DNA of 64,000 bases from Thecamonas trahens ATCC 50062 (lineage: Eukaryota > Protista > Apusomonadida): NCBI RefSeq assembly GCF_000142905.1, contig NW_013657617.1, positions 141,261 through 205,260 on the forward strand, in the 5' to 3' direction. The position numbers were made by a program, and so were the translations under genes. Position 1 is the first letter of the stretch; each line of letters opens with the position of its first letter. The notes under the pieces were generated by a model. That model was not told where the DNA came from and made no database searches. It saw only the letters and a program-made list of their open reading frames with translations. Of the stretch, positions 61,397 through 64,000 are shown in pieces.

Positions 61397-64000
61397 ACCA
61401 GGTCAACAACTTGGGCCTCAGCCGGCGGAACTAGGATTCCGGAAAGTGAGTCTGTGGATACGATCATGTGCAAAAGTCAGTGTGTGCATGTCGTTGGGTA
61501 GTAGTGAAATCAGATTGGGTATAGCTGATAATGGGGATGGTGGGGGACGTGTGCGGGGTGGAGCGGTCGAGGACGTGCTCAACCACCTAGGCAAAACAAG
61601 TCTACGCGGAAATGAGCCGAGGACGATGGGTGTCGATGACGGCGATATTTGTACTGGTGCTAGTGTGAGATGAATAATAACCGGAAGTGTGGTCGCGGGT
61701 TGTGTAGCTGGTGGTGGGAAAGAGCTAGGTGGTGATGAAGGTCGGCTGATTTGGCGAGCGGGCGGCGGCTGACGGCTGGTGGTCGGCAAGGCAGGGGTAG
61801 CTGAGGGGGCTGGGTCGCGGCTAGGTGGCTCGAGATTGCTGTTGGTTGAAGGATGAGCAGAATGACATGTGATGGTTGAGGGGTGTGAGTGTCGAGGTCG
61901 GGGATGAGGATGAGGGTGAGTTGGAGCGGGGAGAGGATGAGGACGAGGAGGAAGAGGAAGCCGAGTGCGCGATGGGATGGTGGTGAGGATGGCCATAGCA
62001 TGGGGATAGGAGTTGTGGCTGGGATGGAAGACATGGTGGTCGGGTAGGGGTGGGGTGGTCGTTTGTGGTGATGGGGCGTGATGAGTATGGTAGGGGGGAT
62101 GAGGGGGGTCGTGATGTGGGAGGCGTGGCGGCGGAGGGGTGCTGGGTATGGCGATTGGGCTTGAGCATTGATGAAGGTGAGTATGATGAGACTGATGGGT
62201 GTGTGTGGGGTATAAGCAATGAGGGTGGAGGGGCTTGGGCGGCATGGGCGAGGAGGGCCGACGGGATTTGATTGATGGACGTCGATGGAGACGATGGCTT
62301 GAGATGGCGGGGGAAGCAGCCAACTGCACTTTAGCCGGCCACTGCATTACCTATCGCTTGCACTTCCCCTCTCTTGTTCTTCCTCGTCTTGGCCAGTCCA
62401 TAGGACTCGTCGTCTGGCTCGGTGATCGGCAGCAGGGGCGGCTGGCGATGGGCAGGCCGGCGGGGGCTGTGATGGGCAAGGCCGGAGGATGGAGGGGAGG
62501 AATGGGTTGGAGGGCGCACTGGTAGGCATTGCCATTGATGTGGCTATCTCTCTGCATCGTCTCCAATGCCCTGTCGATGGCTAGCTTGCTCTTGGTGGTG
62601 CCGGCAGTGGTTGGTCGGCGGCGGGCGGCGGTCGGCGGCGAGCAGCCGGCGGTCGGCAGTGATGCTGTTGACGGGTTGGCGTCGGCTGATGTGCGTATCG
62701 GCGGGCAGGGAGTGGGTGGCTATGTTTGCAGGGGTGGTGAGTATGTGTGGTGTGGGTGTGGTGGTTGTGGGTGGTGATGGTGGGGAGTGGGGGTCGGAGA
62801 TGGGCCCGCGGCAGGGGGGTCAGCACCTTCGAAGGGACACCAGGCCAACAACTTGGTCCTGAGCCGGCGAAACTCGGATTCTGGAATACTGCAGCTGTGG
62901 ATTGGAGATTGTGCAAGGGGGTAGTGTATGTATGTAATAGGGTAGTAGTGAAATCAGATTGGGCATATCTTGCAATGAGTGTGGTGGGGGCGTGTGCGGG
63001 GTCGGGCGGTCGAGGACGTGCTCAACCGCCTAGGCCAAACAAGCCGACGCGGAAATGAACCGATGAAGATGGGTGTCGATGACGACGGTATTAATACTGG
63101 TGCTAGTGCATGGCGAGTGAAAACCTTGGGTGTGGTCGCGGGTTGTGTAGCTGGTAGTGGGTGGGAGCTAGGTGGTGATGAAGGTGGGCTGATCGGGCGA
63201 GCGGGCGGCGGCTGGCGGCTGGTGGTCGGCGAGGCGGGGACAGCTGAGGGAGCTGGGTCGGGGATGGATGGCTCGAGATTGCTGTTGGTTGGTGAATAGG
63301 CAGTCTGCCATGGGATGGTTAAGGGATGACGGTGTCGGAGTCGGGGAAGAGGATGCGGGTGAGGTAGAGCGGGGAGAGGACGACGATGAGGAGGAAGAGG
63401 AAGCCGAGCGCGCGATGGGGTGGTGATGGGTATGGCCAGGACATGTGGGTGGTGGTTGTGGCTGCAATAAAAGTGATGGTGGTGGAGTAGGGGGTGGGGG
63501 TGGTCGTTTGTGGTGATCGGTGGTAATGAGTATGGTAGGGGGGGATGAGGGGGTCATGACGTGGATGGCGTGGCGGGCGGAAGGATGGTGGGTATGAAGA
63601 TTGAGCTTGAGCATTGATGTGGGCGAGTTGGATGAGGATGATGGGTGGGTGTGAGTGTGGGCAATGAGGGTGGAGGGGCTTGGGCGGCAGGGGCGAGGAG
63701 GACGGACGGGATTCGATTGAGATGGACGTCGATGGAGACGAGGGCTTGGGATTGGAAGAGGTGGCAGACCACTACACTCTAGCCCGCCACTGCATTGGAT
63801 ATCGTTTGCACTTGCCCTCTCTTGATCTTCCTCGTCCTGGCCAGCTCACTGGCTTCGTCGTCTGGCTCGGTGGACGGCGGCAGGGGCGGCTGGCGATGAG
63901 CAGGCCGGCGGGGGCTGTGATGGGCAAGGCCGGAGGAGGGAGGGGAGGAGTGGGTTGGAAAGCAAACTGGTAGTCATTGCTATTGCTGTGGCTATCTCTA
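61397..64000. repeat. ~1.45-kb diverged tandem repeat (copy 1 ~61397-62839; copy 2 from ~62840 past the window end)
   Basis: Collinear blocks at an offset of ~1442-1450, e.g. CCAGGYCAACAACTTGG, GTCGAGGACGTGCTCAACC and GCTGTGATGGGCAAGGCCGGAGG. Many substitutions and no shared long ORF. Confidence 0.9.

Overview
GC-rich, gene-dense, intron-poor eukaryotic nuclear DNA from a unicellular protist. It has short GT-AG introns (GTAYG/GTAAG donors, CTCAC-like branch sites close to the AG) and one 322-N assembly gap. Gene content and style resemble an apusomonad such as Thecamonas, but that is an unverified inference. About 33 protein-coding genes are recognisable. Housekeeping genes: PKD2/TRPP channel, TACO1/YebC, eIF2B-beta, PEX16, PEX19, MTO1/GidA, a divergent SerRS, an LSM10-like Sm protein, a HAD phosphatase, a stefin-type cystatin, CorA, CHO2-type PEMT, a GRAM-VASt lipid transfer protein, TBCC, an NmrA-like protein, YeeE/YedE and a TDP2-like EEP. 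Surface or signalling genes: two large FG-GAP/beta-helix/Cys-rich multi-TM receptor-like paralogues, an ankyrin protein with a related TM module, DOMON, Cys-rich and kelch GPI-type proteins, and a dCache-like membrane protein with no output domain. The most unusual item is a catalytically altered 3-hydroxyacyl-CoA-dehydrogenase NAD-binding domain fused to an intact protein kinase, a candidate NAD(H)/acyl-CoA-sensing kinase. Architectural patterns include convergent genes whose stop codons nearly touch, sense-strand C/CA tracts before start codons with G-rich first introns, three tandem duplications, and four single-base-deletion frameshifts that are probably sequencing errors. I found no rRNA, tRNA, CRISPR array or recognisable transposase.
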